From: Magallana gigas
Lineage: Eukaryota
Assembly: GCF_963853765.1 (NCBI RefSeq)
Contig: NC_088855.1
Span: forward strand, 42,780,001-42,844,000
Length of the DNA stretch: 64,000 nucleotides
Reading direction: 5' to 3'
The notes beneath the pieces were generated by a model that was not told the origin of the DNA, did not search any database, and worked only from the letters and a program-made list of their open reading frames with translations. The position numbers and the translations under genes are program-made. Positions within the stretch are counted from its first letter, which is position 1, and every line of letters begins with the position of its first letter. Below, piece by piece: positions 46,213 to 58,211 of the stretch.

Positions 46213-48747
46213 TTAAATTACTCGGGTGACATACTCCAATAAGTTTCTGCCTGTTGCTGTCCATCATGCAACATTTTCACACAATCAACTTAATTACTAA
46301 GTGATCAATGAAATCTAATTATGACCATCTTATTTTTATTGCCATATCAGCTAAAGGTAAGATATCTGCCAAAGTTATTTGTCAAAAAGTGCAAATACAG
46401 CTATTTATTTTAGAGCTACCTCCCTTGGCATCTATCATGAAATGTCATGTGCTGTTGGTGGAAAATAAATTTCTTGCTGAATCTACCAAACAATTATAGA
46501 GCACATTTAGTATTACACACCACTGTGCAATCTGCACTTTGTGTACAATGTATATGTATTTAGCATCAATACATGTATACTAAACTTTGACCAGTGCGTG
46601 CACGGGTTGGCTTTGCATATTAGGTCGGGCATTTACGAAATAGATACAACAAATTTGCACACCAGGTTGACATTCAGAAATCTTGAAATTTTTCATACTA
46701 AGTAAACGTACTGAGTTAGAGTTATCACCCGAAATTTCTTTTATGAACAGAATATATATAGCAAACTTTGAATGGAAATTTACTCGTATTTGTATTACGG
46801 TACATGTATCGTTTTTTAGTTTATCCATGCAAATGTGATATTGTGGAAAGTCCGAAACATAAACTAAAGAGCATCCTGTGATTTAGCTTGAATGTAATGC
46901 GCATGTGCAATATTGTAAAATCCGAAAAATTCAGACGATTTCCGGATTTTTTAAAGGAATTCTCTTTAATTATTAATTAGCGTAGCCTGATTGAGAAAAA
47001 ATAAAAACAAATTGGTAATTTCCAAGTACCAATGATGTTAAAAATATATAAAACAAAAGACAGTAGTCTTCCGATTTCCCTGTATTAAAGCTAAAAAATT
47101 TGAGTCTATTATTTCAATTTAGTAGTATAGATATCTGTACATGTGTCTGTGTTAGAATTGAAAAAAAAAGAAATATATCAGCTTCCACCCTTCTAGATTG
47201 ACTTTAGCTCTAGTTCTGAAGTACCATTTACAAAGATACCTGTCTTGAGCTCTTTTACATCTATGAGTGATTTGAAGTACCTCAGACTGAAGAAGATGGA
47301 TAGCATTTTTACAGTTCTTGATTGCTTGAAAAATCAGGGCCATTTGGTAGAGGGGCCAAAACCATTAAAATTGGGGGAAAAGAGTAATCCTAATGGGCCC
47401 AAACTCTCATGTTTTTTTATTATACAGAACAGAACTGTACTTGTCATACATCCATTACATATTCACATTTTGGGGTACTTGGGTATAAGGATAATTGGGA
47501 AAACTAACTTAATAATGACATTAATTTGGGCAAAAAGGCGTTTTGAATTGTGACAAGGCTCCCATTTATGACAATCAAGAGCCATTAAAGTATAAAGTAC
47601 TCCAGATTCATCTTTACCTTTACCCTCCCCCCCCCCCCCAACCATCCCAACTGTATCTTAACCATATATTATCTAACTGCTTTTGTATGTCAGGGTTGTC
47701 TGTAAAAATTGATGTAGAAGGGAGAAATAAAAAAGTAGACGGGGATCTGGAGGTCTAGCTTATAGCTAGATTATGTTTGAAATGAAAAAATAGCCGGGTA
47801 GTGTTGTCACTTTAGACGGGGAAATTCCCCGCCTCCCGGGTCTTAGAGACAACCCTGGTATGTCATGATGCATAGAAGAGTGTGCTGGGCAAGCACCTTG
47901 CAATTTTCCTTGACTCTGTTCATTAAGGTCTCTAATTATCTGCAGATACACAAGTTTTGTGCTTATGTTCTCTCTAAACCAATTGCAGAAGATTTGTTTC
48001 ACTTATGTGGGTTTGTTTAATTGCAATATACTCATATCAATGGGCTTCTCATATTTTTAACTTTCTAAATGCATGTTCAATATACGGTACATGTATGTAG
48101 CAAATGGATTTACCTTGCATCCTAAAGCCAGATCTGAAAGAGAGTAGAAGATTCTTAAAATAATTAACACAGCACAATATTTTCATAGATGAGTCTTTTA
48201 ACAACATCTAACAATTTAAATAAACTCAATTCTTTTTTGGTTCCATAATTTATCACTTTTATGAATAGATCAAAAATTATCTCAGCTAGAACCTTACCAG
48301 TACTCAAAATTTCGTTCAATAACAATAGCAAAATTTAAAACTATCAAGCATTTTAAAAGGATAATTCTGAAAATGTTGAAATTAATTTTTTAAAAACATT
48401 TATGAATATACAGCCACCCCAATCATGCTAATCAGCTCAAAGTCAACATGCATTAGTTTAGAAAACTGTTATGAATGACAGCTAGATGGAAAAAGAGGCC
48501 AACACTACCGGTAAGACCAAGCCTATGCTAACAAGCATAATAGGACACAAAAAGATTTCTGGACATGGCATACATTTTGAGTAGATACACACATATTAAT
48601 TTTTTTAATCAGTTTTATCTGTATGGTCTTGAAAGACCAACTTGTTAAAAAAACTTGTACAATAATATTCCATAATATATATAAATTGATATTGAATTAT
48701 CATGTGGTGAGGTCAGTCATTATTTATTCTTAAATCGTATCATTAAG

Positions 48748-48976
48748 TACTGAAGATTCCTTATTAAACAAAAGGAATTAATATCCGCGTAAAATCACAA
48801 GAAGCAACCTCATTTACTTTAAATTACTTTAAAATCTTGCTTTTTTTCAGACAGTTTTGAACTCATTGAAATCATTAACAAAATATTTGTGACCTTGATT
48901 ATATATTCTTGTGGTTTGATACTGAACAGTGAAATCACATAATTAGGAACTCACGTAAAATAAGGAATTTACAGTT
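48748..48976. mobile_element. Degenerate MITE
   Basis: TACTGAAGATTCCTTATT ... AATAAGGAATTTACAGT inverted ends. Confidence 0.45.
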
Positions 48977-50251
48977 ACTATAAAAGTACTGGTAGTTTGA
49001 AATCATTTGACTGTAAAAGTGCAAACTATATATCATATTGACTACCTGTATGTATATACATTTAATGACTATGTGCATGCATTTACAAGCATCTGAAATT
49101 TTATTATTAGACAAAAGTTCAGCAACTCTAAGACTTACTACTACATGTAATAAAATTTCAGATGTATGTGGTGCATTTCCATTGATAATTTTGGCTTGGA
49201 ATTTGAACTAAAATTTAGAATACATATACTGAACTGCAAAGAACAAAAATAAAAGAATACAGAAAAGATCTGATTGTAGAAACAGAAAAGCTCTATAGTT
49301 AATATACACGTACAGTATACCACTGCATGCACTAAATACAGCATATATCACAATACTTACGAAAACATTCTTTTCACCATTTTTTATAATGCATCTAATG
49401 CACAAAATGCAAGAGAGATCTGCCCTGTAAATTGTTCATTCATTTAAAAATCATTTCTACTGCACTTGTGACACATGTATTAAAACAACTACAGTAACTA
49501 AACAAGAGACCAAGGGACCACATCACTCACCTGGGCAAGAATAGCAATCAAGTTTTATTGTATCAAATACTAAAATATATCTTGGCAATCAAGAAGAGTA
49601 TATCTTGTTTTATAAAAAGATCTTATTTTCGCCTAATTTGTTGGATTATTTCCAAATCACTTCTTTATAAGTGCATCTTTCTTTGTAATGCACAATGGTA
49701 ACTCGATCTACATTACTAGTATTTTATGATTACAAGTAAATTCTCTATATCTCTATCTCATGAATTTATCGAGATAGTACCCATAGTACTTTTAAACATC
49801 ATGCATACAAAAAATTTATCAAACATAGCAATTAGATTACAAGACAAAATCACAGACTACAGTACCATTCCATAATCATATACTCATCTTTGCACACAAA
49901 GATAGATGTCACTTTTAAACAAATCGTAATGTAACTAAGACACTAAAAGAAGCTGATTCAGGTGTTTTATTAAGTTTAATTGAGCATCATCTTTATTCTA
50001 AGAATAGAGGAAACTGAGTTAGCAAATCAGTTATTTGTTTTGGTAGGACTTATATCTACAAAGGAAAATTATTCAAAAGTTCAGGTATTCAATGTATAAT
50101 GAAGGGATGTTGACAATTTTGAATCATTTCAAACAAGTAAAATATGAGCCAGCCATATTTCTGAAGTTATCTTCCCTTGATGAAAAGAAGAAAATTATAA
50201 TTTTGTCAAAATATTTGCAGTAAATGATTCATTTTCTTTCATATAGAGAGA

Positions 50252-50329
50252 CATCGTCGGATACCCACGGGTGATCGCATCTTTTACTTATCAGTAAAAG
50301 ACGTGATCACCAGTGGGTATCCGACAATG
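50252..50329. repeat. 78-bp palindrome (family E)
   Basis: CATCGTCGGATACCCACGGGTGATCGCATCTTTTACT-TATC-AGTAAAAGACGTGATCACCAGTGGGTATCCGACAATG. Confidence 0.8.
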
Positions 50330-51991
50330 ATAGAGTGTTCATGCATATATTTACAAAGACATTTGTATGAAGTAATTTTTTATAATATCTTAAAAAAATG
50401 TGCTGCCTATACACTTTAATGTAAAATACGAGATGCAATATGATCAAAGCTTTGAACATTTTTTAAATGAAGTATTTTTTATTTGATAACATCTTCAAAA
50501 TGATACCATGATTAAAAATAACGTAGCATTCATTTATTAGGTATAAAATGGAAGTTGGCAAAAAAAGGCAATCTTTTAAAAGATGCATGGCCTGAAGGCG
50601 TCACTCCAAATACATGTAGCATTTCAAGTTTGGGGTTGTTTAAAAAGCTGCTAAGCTTGCGAACCCTTCCCTATTGTCCCCTGATGGGGCTTAATTCCTC
50701 GGAAGAATTTTCAATCATTCAAAGATATTTTTGCATTATAGGTCAAAAGTCAACACCAAATCTCAACAAGAAATCTCGGGTGCTATTTGAATCAGCTTGA
50801 TATTTAGACTGAAATTGACAAGTAATCATTGAGCCACACCTATAATGGATTAAACTTGGTTAGGGCATTTGGACTTGCGTACACCTTTACCTAACCAATG
50901 AATGAAGTTGTTAATATCATAGCCATGTAGAATCATACCGAAATTACCATATTAGTTATTACAATTCTCCTCAAGTTATTTTGAGTAAGATGTACTTTCA
51001 TTTTTATTCCCGATGAGAAAATTGTCCTTTTAAAAGCTGTATAAGAGATATTGACCATCGGGTTTTTATGCTCGGTTTATATTTTGTTGTTGGTCTTATC
51101 CGAGTTGTTCGATAAGATGTCGATCATCGGGGAAGTCCACGCGTCCGTATCAGTCATCGACTTATAGTGAAATCAACGATAAATTAGAATGGATAATAAA
51201 TACAATGCACACAATCCTACTCAAAGCAAAAAAAATCAATGTAGATTTTTGTAAACGTACCTTTTTTAACCTCTCTATCATATCTAACGTCTATCTATCC
51301 TTATGAACAAAATTTGGCAAACGTATTTTGACAAGTTAGTCAAGTATTTGTAGAGGGAATTCGAACATATAATTTGTTAAGTCGTTCCAGGAGTTATGAA
51401 AAATAACAATTCGTACACGATTTTTTCTGCTTAAGAATATCCGAAAGATTCGTAGATCGGTTAACAGCAGCTTATCTAAAACTGAAATGAAATCATAAAA
51501 GTATTTGGTATTTTCGATCGCCCCCTACTGCCGCACGGTTTTATCATATGTTTATAGTAATACCTAAACATTGGGGTTACATTGGTTGCTTTCAGATTGC
51601 CTGATTGCACTGACTTCTTTTGGCACATGAACTTTATTTCGTAGAAGAAGAATAAAAATAGAAAAGGGAATTTAAAAATAACCACATTAAATAAAGAAAT
51701 AAAAACATTTTTTGCTTCGTAAGCGTCGGAACTGGGGGGAGGGGGCTAGGTGAAGGGAGGTAACCCCCCCCCCCCCACCACTTTTTCTCGCAGCAAAGAT
51801 AATTGTTCCTAAATTTACCTTGAAAAGATGGAAATATTGAGAGGTTTGAGTCATAGGTATATTAGCCCCCCCCCCCCCCTACGGATTAGGAATTTCATAA
51901 TTTGGGGGGGGGGGGAATTATTGGAAGGTAAATATTTTTTTGGAACTATAGGTATACCTCCCCCCCCCCACCCCCCCCCCCCCCCCCCCCA

Positions 51992-53968
51992 CGGCGGAAT
52001 ATTAACGGCGTCCGGACCTGGTTATAGTTTTTGAAACAGGTCCTGTATCTAAGTTATTACTTGTCTTACCTTCACCAAACTAGCATGGATTTAAACCTAC
52101 TAAAAAGACTTAAATGCTGAATCTGTAGCATGAATTTTAGATGCTGGAGAAGTTTAAGGATTTTGGAGCATGTTAAAGTTTTGGGGGCAGGTGCCCTTTG
52201 ATAGCCATCTCTAAGTTACTACGGGTCCTATCCTATATCCGGTAATTTTCGCGATCACATTTACATCGCAAATATTTAATACGCAGATATTATATCGCAA
52301 AAAAAAAAAAAAAATGACTAACGCTAATAAAAAACTTACACATCATACCCATTTTCGCAAATTTTGTTACACGCTACAACCCCAAAATATATACTGTATC
52401 TTCAGTAAAATTGCAAGGATGGTGCACCTTGATATACTTATGCACTTGACAAGCTGGAATGATGAATCTGAACGTTAGGTTTGCATGGATGCTGGATGAG
52501 GTGAAGGTTTTTGGAGAAAGTTAAAGTTTTTAGGACAGGCTCCCTTTAATAGACAAATCTTACTTATTATTAGAACCATTTTAACAAGACCTTGGACTTT
52601 CAGTAGGGTGTAACGATCTATTTCTTGCGTCAAAACAAGTTCAAATGACGCTTGTCTCAAGCGAAAAGTCAGACAAATCCTGTTAATTTCAAAGAGCCAT
52701 AGCCGAGTAGCCTACAATGAAATAGACAGGTCTTCTTCACATTGCCGTTTGACTCAACTACCCTAAGTCCAAGCCCTTGTTAAAATGGTTCTAGTTTAAC
52801 CATTACCAGATTTGGATAAATGAACTATCTCGTGATAATCATGCACTTGATGACAGGCTTGGTTGCTGAAATTGATCCATAGGTTTGCTAGTAAAACATT
52901 GTCATACCTTACTCAAACTTGCTTGATAAATGTGATTTTTGATAAATAACATATCAGTATTCCTCACATTGTTTTAAATTTTTGATATTGTATAATATTG
53001 TAAAATATCATATGGTATTACATAAATAGTGCCTGTTTGGGAGGGTAACAGTTGAAATTGACACCCCGAGGAAACCATTGTCAACCGACGCGAAGCGGAG
53101 GTTGACAATGGTTTTCGAGGGGTATCAATTTCAACTGTTATCCTCCCAAACAGGCACTATTTATTTTATTATACTGAATGTCTTAATTTTAGAGAATTTT
53201 TATATTGCTTTTATACAGAAATGACGTGAATTCTACGGCGAACCGTACGCGCATAATTTACGCGCATGTAACAATTCGTTGTGTAACCCGTTGCTAAGTG
53301 TGTTGCTAACGCTGAGGGTAATAGAACGGATTATAAACTGTGTCTAAACCAATCAGATTTCAGTATTTAACATGAAAGTATAATAATGTAAAATATCACA
53401 TTGAAAATATTATATGATATGAAATCGTATCATATGATACAATATTGTATTATACAATATGATATTGTATATGATATATTATGTATGATTTTGTATTGTA
53501 TGCTATTTGTATAACTGATGATTTTGTGTGATAAAAATCAATATGTATATTATATCAAATCATATGGTACAATATCGTATCATTTTATGGTAAAAGTTGT
53601 ATCGTATGATATAATACATTATATATAGTATCATATAATGCAATGTCATATCATATGATACAATATCATATAATGCAGTTTCCTTTTACATGATACAATA
53701 TCATATTATATTAAATGATACGATATCATATACTATGACAATATATTGTATCAATTGTGTATTATATGATCATTAGCATATTGTATAATGATATAACACA
53801 ATAACATATTGGAGTATATGATATTAAATTATATGACACAATATAAAGTTTTATAATATGAAACAGTTTTGTATTAAGTACTAGTGTATTGATAGATATT
53901 AATAGATTATCTCAAAAAAGGTCATGCCTCATTTCGGTAGGCTCTGTAATCTTTGATTATCTATGTTT
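51992..53968 (+). mobile_element. Second, degenerate HINE copy; 5' end overwritten by C-run-rich sequence; contains nested insertions
   Basis: CGGCGTCCGGACCTGGTTA..CAGGTCCTGTATCTAAG matches 8055-8100. It has diverged cores and an AT-rich tract. The 3' end GTAATC-TTT-GATTATCTATGTTT matches 10674-10696. Confidence 0.75.
53022..53386. mobile_element. Palindromic family A element nested in the second HINE
   Basis: Same arms, GCGAAGC apex (53090-53096) and tail as 45150-45513. Confidence 0.9.
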
Positions 53969-54867
53969 GAATTTTATGTATGTGAGCTTGCATGGATTTT
54001 AGCCCGTTTAATTCATTTAATTGATATTCCATTCCAGTGCGTAGGCTGAAATACATTTTCATCGAAAATGCGTTTCATCCAGTGTTACGTATTTGGTGAA
54101 TGAAATACCTGAATGCAGAATATTATCAAAGTACTGAAGAAATGACGGGAGTTGATTTTGTCGATGTTTATTTATTTTAAAATCAATGATATGTTATTTT
54201 GCATGACAAGTACATGTATACGTAGTTTCTAATTTGAATTACGCATATTTTTATAATATGAATTTTTGAAATTTTTCGACTAGAATGTCGAGAAACCTCC
54301 ACATGAATCATGTTAAATAATATTTAAAGATAAAATTAATTCAATCAAACTATGTATCACTGGTAAAAATATTTCTCGAAAATTGTATGGATCCAAGCAA
54401 TATTGAACTCTAGTCTCGTTCAACCAAACGCTCGGCTGACACCGTAAATATTGAACTCTGGCGTAGGAATACATACGACTACAAAAATATTTAAATTGTT
54501 CGTACCATTTAAAATCTGACTATTTTTAAGGTATTTGTAACTAAGTTTCCTTCAAAAACAATGCTATATTGCATCGAATTCATCAATTATTTTCAAGAAC
54601 TAAGTCTTGTCAGGAGCAATGATTTGTGCTGAGGTCCAAACACTGTTTCACTTTCGGTTTGTCCGAGTGACTGCATAGGAGAGTTGATTAAAAATCAACT
54701 CCCAATAAATATTAATAATAATATTTCCTTTTAATATGTAGCGCTTTTGTCCAATTTAATATATTTCTTGAAAACGCGTTTCTGCAAATCTTTGCGTTTG
54801 GGTGAATGAAAACCTGGATGTAATAAAGCACGGTTCTTATTTACTTCCATAACCCTGACACAACATA

Positions 54868-54869
<2 letters not shown>

Positions 54870-54922
<53 letters not shown>
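54870..54922. repeat. (TC)n microsatellite
   Basis: About 26 units. Confidence 0.98.
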
Positions 54923-54927
<5 letters not shown>

Positions 54928-55331
54928 CTCTCTATTATTTTGTGCATTGACGTCCGATACAAGTAGTCGCTTATCACAAATTTCGATCACTTTCAAAATA
55001 CCATAACACACATTCTCAACCATCCAAAACAAACAAATCGCCAAAAGCTTTGTCTACCTGACAAGCATCTCGTCAGTAACATTGACATTGTACATCATCA
55101 TATGAATCTTTGCTAAGTCTAAATAAATATGTTCTAAACATTTAGACTGAATTATTTCATTCTTTGATTATAAAAAAGGACTTCCTCGTGTCGTCTGGTA
55201 TCCTCAGAATGAATACTACTCGAATTTACTCTACCCTACTCGAACATACGCTACCCGTAATCACCTTCGAACCCAACCTTCCTCATGAATAATCACCATC
55301 ACCACAAAATAACATATTTTCAATCTAAATC

Positions 55332-55465
55332 NNNNNNNNNNNNNNNNNNNNNNNNNNNNNNNNNNNNNNNNNNNNNNNNNNNNNNNNNNNNNNNNNNNNN
55401 NNNNNNNNNNNNNNNNNNNNNNNNNNNNNNNNNNNNNNNNNNNNNNNNNNNNNNNNNNNNNNNNN
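55332..55465. other. Assembly gap (134 N)
   Basis: Run of N. Confidence 1.
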
Positions 55466-56425
55466 GAAGAAAATGTGTATATATGTGAATTCATGTCACC
55501 TTTAAAATAATGATTTCGTGAATCCATTTTTCTCAATATTTATACATTGCAATTTTTATAATATAGTCCAAAAGAACAAGTCCGGTTTATTTAACCTATT
55601 TTAATTTGGTGGTCAACAGATAAAATATTTTTCTCTCTGGCATCAGGTAGCTTGCATACATTTTATAAAATAATAGTTATAATATTTAGTAAAAACTTTC
55701 TTGCACAAAGCTAGAGGGATATAAAGATATCAGAAGGATAACGACAAAAGATGGCGTAAACAAAAGGAAGTTGCGACTGGAAGAAGACCGCATCTTTTCA
55801 TCTGTCACACGGACAGATTGCGCCTAAGAGTGAAATATTTTACAAATATTATCACATTATTTTGTTTGATGTTGAGAGCTTTCGACACGAATAGTAACAT
55901 ATTGGACACTGTCCCTTCATTTCTGGGCTATATATTTTACTAATTATCCAAACAGGGAGCGCGTGAAAAAAAAATCAAATGTCGGTTGAGAGAACAGACA
56001 GTTCAATTATTAAAGTATATGGGCTCCATACCATCCAGTCTGATTAAAAGACTGAGTTTTATATCCATAAATTTATGTGGCGTAGTAACAGATGCTGGTG
56101 TACGACATTAATCCATCATCAATACGCAATTTTTGTTTGATAAGCACGAGATTTTGAACTATGTAAATACTGCATTTGTTTACGATGCAATCAGGACGGT
56201 GGGGAACAGTACAGAGTACTTGAATAATTTTGGCGACACATTGCATCCCTATAAAATGTTAAGAAGGGAAGGTTCAAAGACTCTGTATCTATTAATGAGG
56301 TTTTAAAAAGCCTCTGAACAGTTGCCCATTTTGAGACCGAGTTGTGCGCACCATCCTTTTCCCACTGTTCAACAAACAAGCAAAAATTTCTACAGTATGT
56401 ACACATTTATTTGCTTGCTTTTTAA

Positions 56426-56902
56426 AGGGGAATGGTCACGATTTTGGTCAAATATAATTGTACTGTTTTTATTATTTACAATGCTTTAGAAATGAATCTC
56501 TAATTATCAAGTGAAATTTGAGAGTCATTCGTAGACTTACATGTATGAGCAAGATACAAAGCTTGCAATTCTTTGTCATGTAAACAAGGCTCGTGCCCTG
56601 TTTTTGTTTACATACGTTCAATTCACCAGTAAAAAATCCTTTTCAAGCTGATTTGTCTATCTTCTTAATCATTTTAAGCATGAATAAATGTTACAGTTCC
56701 AATCTTGAATTCTTCTTTCAGTATTCAAAATGTAAACAAAAGCATTGTTTACATATCAAAGAACTGTACGCTCTGTAACTCGCTTATATAACTCTACGAA
56801 TAAAACTCAAATTTTGGTTGCTTATTAAAATTGCCTTACTTAAGCATTGTAAACATTAAAATTGGAAAATTAATTTTTGACCAAAATCCTGACCATGCCC
56901 CT
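56426..56902. mobile_element. TTAA-targeting MITE (Kolobok-like), copy 3
   Basis: TTAA|AGGGGAATGGTCACGATTTTGGTCAAA ... TTTGACCAAAATCCTGACCATGCCCCT; colinear with copy 2. Confidence 0.88.
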
Positions 56903-57076
56903 TAATAATAATCATAATCAATTTGCGACTTCTTTTAATATATTTTTGACACTGTGATCTTCACTAATATTTATAATTAGCGATATTGGAGACTGTTTCT
57001 AAGGATTTTGCATATAATTTTGTATTTGTCCATATATTTGTTTCAATGATGTTGTATTTTTTGTTAATCAAGAGTA

Positions 57077-58151
57077 CGAGGGTTGTTCAGAAATTATTGA
57101 GACATTTACTCTTACTCCCTTAGGAAAAAATACATATCCATTGAAATTTCAGCAGAAAGTAAATCAGGACACCTTTCATTAACGTAAAAATGTTCAAGTG
57201 CATGACATCAACTGTTCATTCCTGGTAAGCTAATAGACTTTCTTACATCTATTGCCCCGGAGCAACCACAAACTCTTCGCAACGTCATTTTAACAGTTCT
57301 CTTTGCTCCTTTGTTTTATACGGTGTTTTAAACGGAAAAGATGCACATTCCTTCTCTTTTTTTTTTTATCTTTTCTATATGATATAATATTGCAACTGTC
57401 ATACTAGTTTTCTCTCCATTCTCGTTTTGTGAAGAAGAGTTATTTCTTCCCAAAAATCAACTTTTTGTGAAACCTCTCTTACATTTATTGTGTGTGTGTA
57501 AAAAGTACCTGATATTTAGCCCATTTGTTTTAATTCTAGTTAAGCAATCGGAAAATAAATCCCGCTGAAATGAAGCTTTGACCGCTTTCCGTCATATACT
57601 TTTTAAATTTCTTAGCTAGAAAAGGTCTTATTTATGGAATAAAGATCATTATTTGAGTATTATGAGGTGATCATTTCGGCCGGGGCGTTGTCAAATCCAA
57701 TAAAGCCCGAAGAGCTTTATGACGTCAAAATTCAATAAATCGTCGTAGTCAGATTACAGTACTACCGGTATTGCTTGGTGCATATTTGTTACTATAGATC
57801 TCCGTATTTCAAATCAAACACTAGTGAAACTTGTACAAAAGTTAGTCACAATAATTAGCAAAATGAACATAATTATTTAATTTGACTTCTTTTATTATAA
57901 TTTTTACGTCTTCAAACACTACAAATGTAGATATTTAGGTTTTTTCAAAATCTGAGTTTGGGCCTGCGGCGGGTAACCCAACCACTGACTTGTTTATGTA
58001 CCGTTGTAAACAAATTATTTATCATTTTGTAATATTACTTTGTACAATTATTTGTTAAAATTTCTTAAATGTTTATGCCAATTTTCACTAAAATTCGCAC
58101 TTAGAAAGGAAAATATTTTGTGTTGTCTCAATAATTTCCGAACAACCCTCG
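57077..58151. mobile_element. Non-autonomous Tc1/mariner element (1075 bp)
   Basis: TA|CGAGGGTTGTTCAGAAATTATTGAGACA ... TGTCTCAATAATTTCCGAACAACCCTCG|TA: 28-bp TIRs and a TA TSD. Carries a family B fragment at ~57635-57722. No transposase ORF. Confidence 0.85.
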
Positions 58152-58211
58152 TAACATTTTTTTTCAAATAAAAAAAATATAAATCCATCTAATTCAGATA
58201 CTTTTGGAATT

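Noticed and set aside
47245-47553. 102-aa plus-strand ORF
   Set aside because: TTG start, no domain similarity I recognise, and no supporting splice structure.
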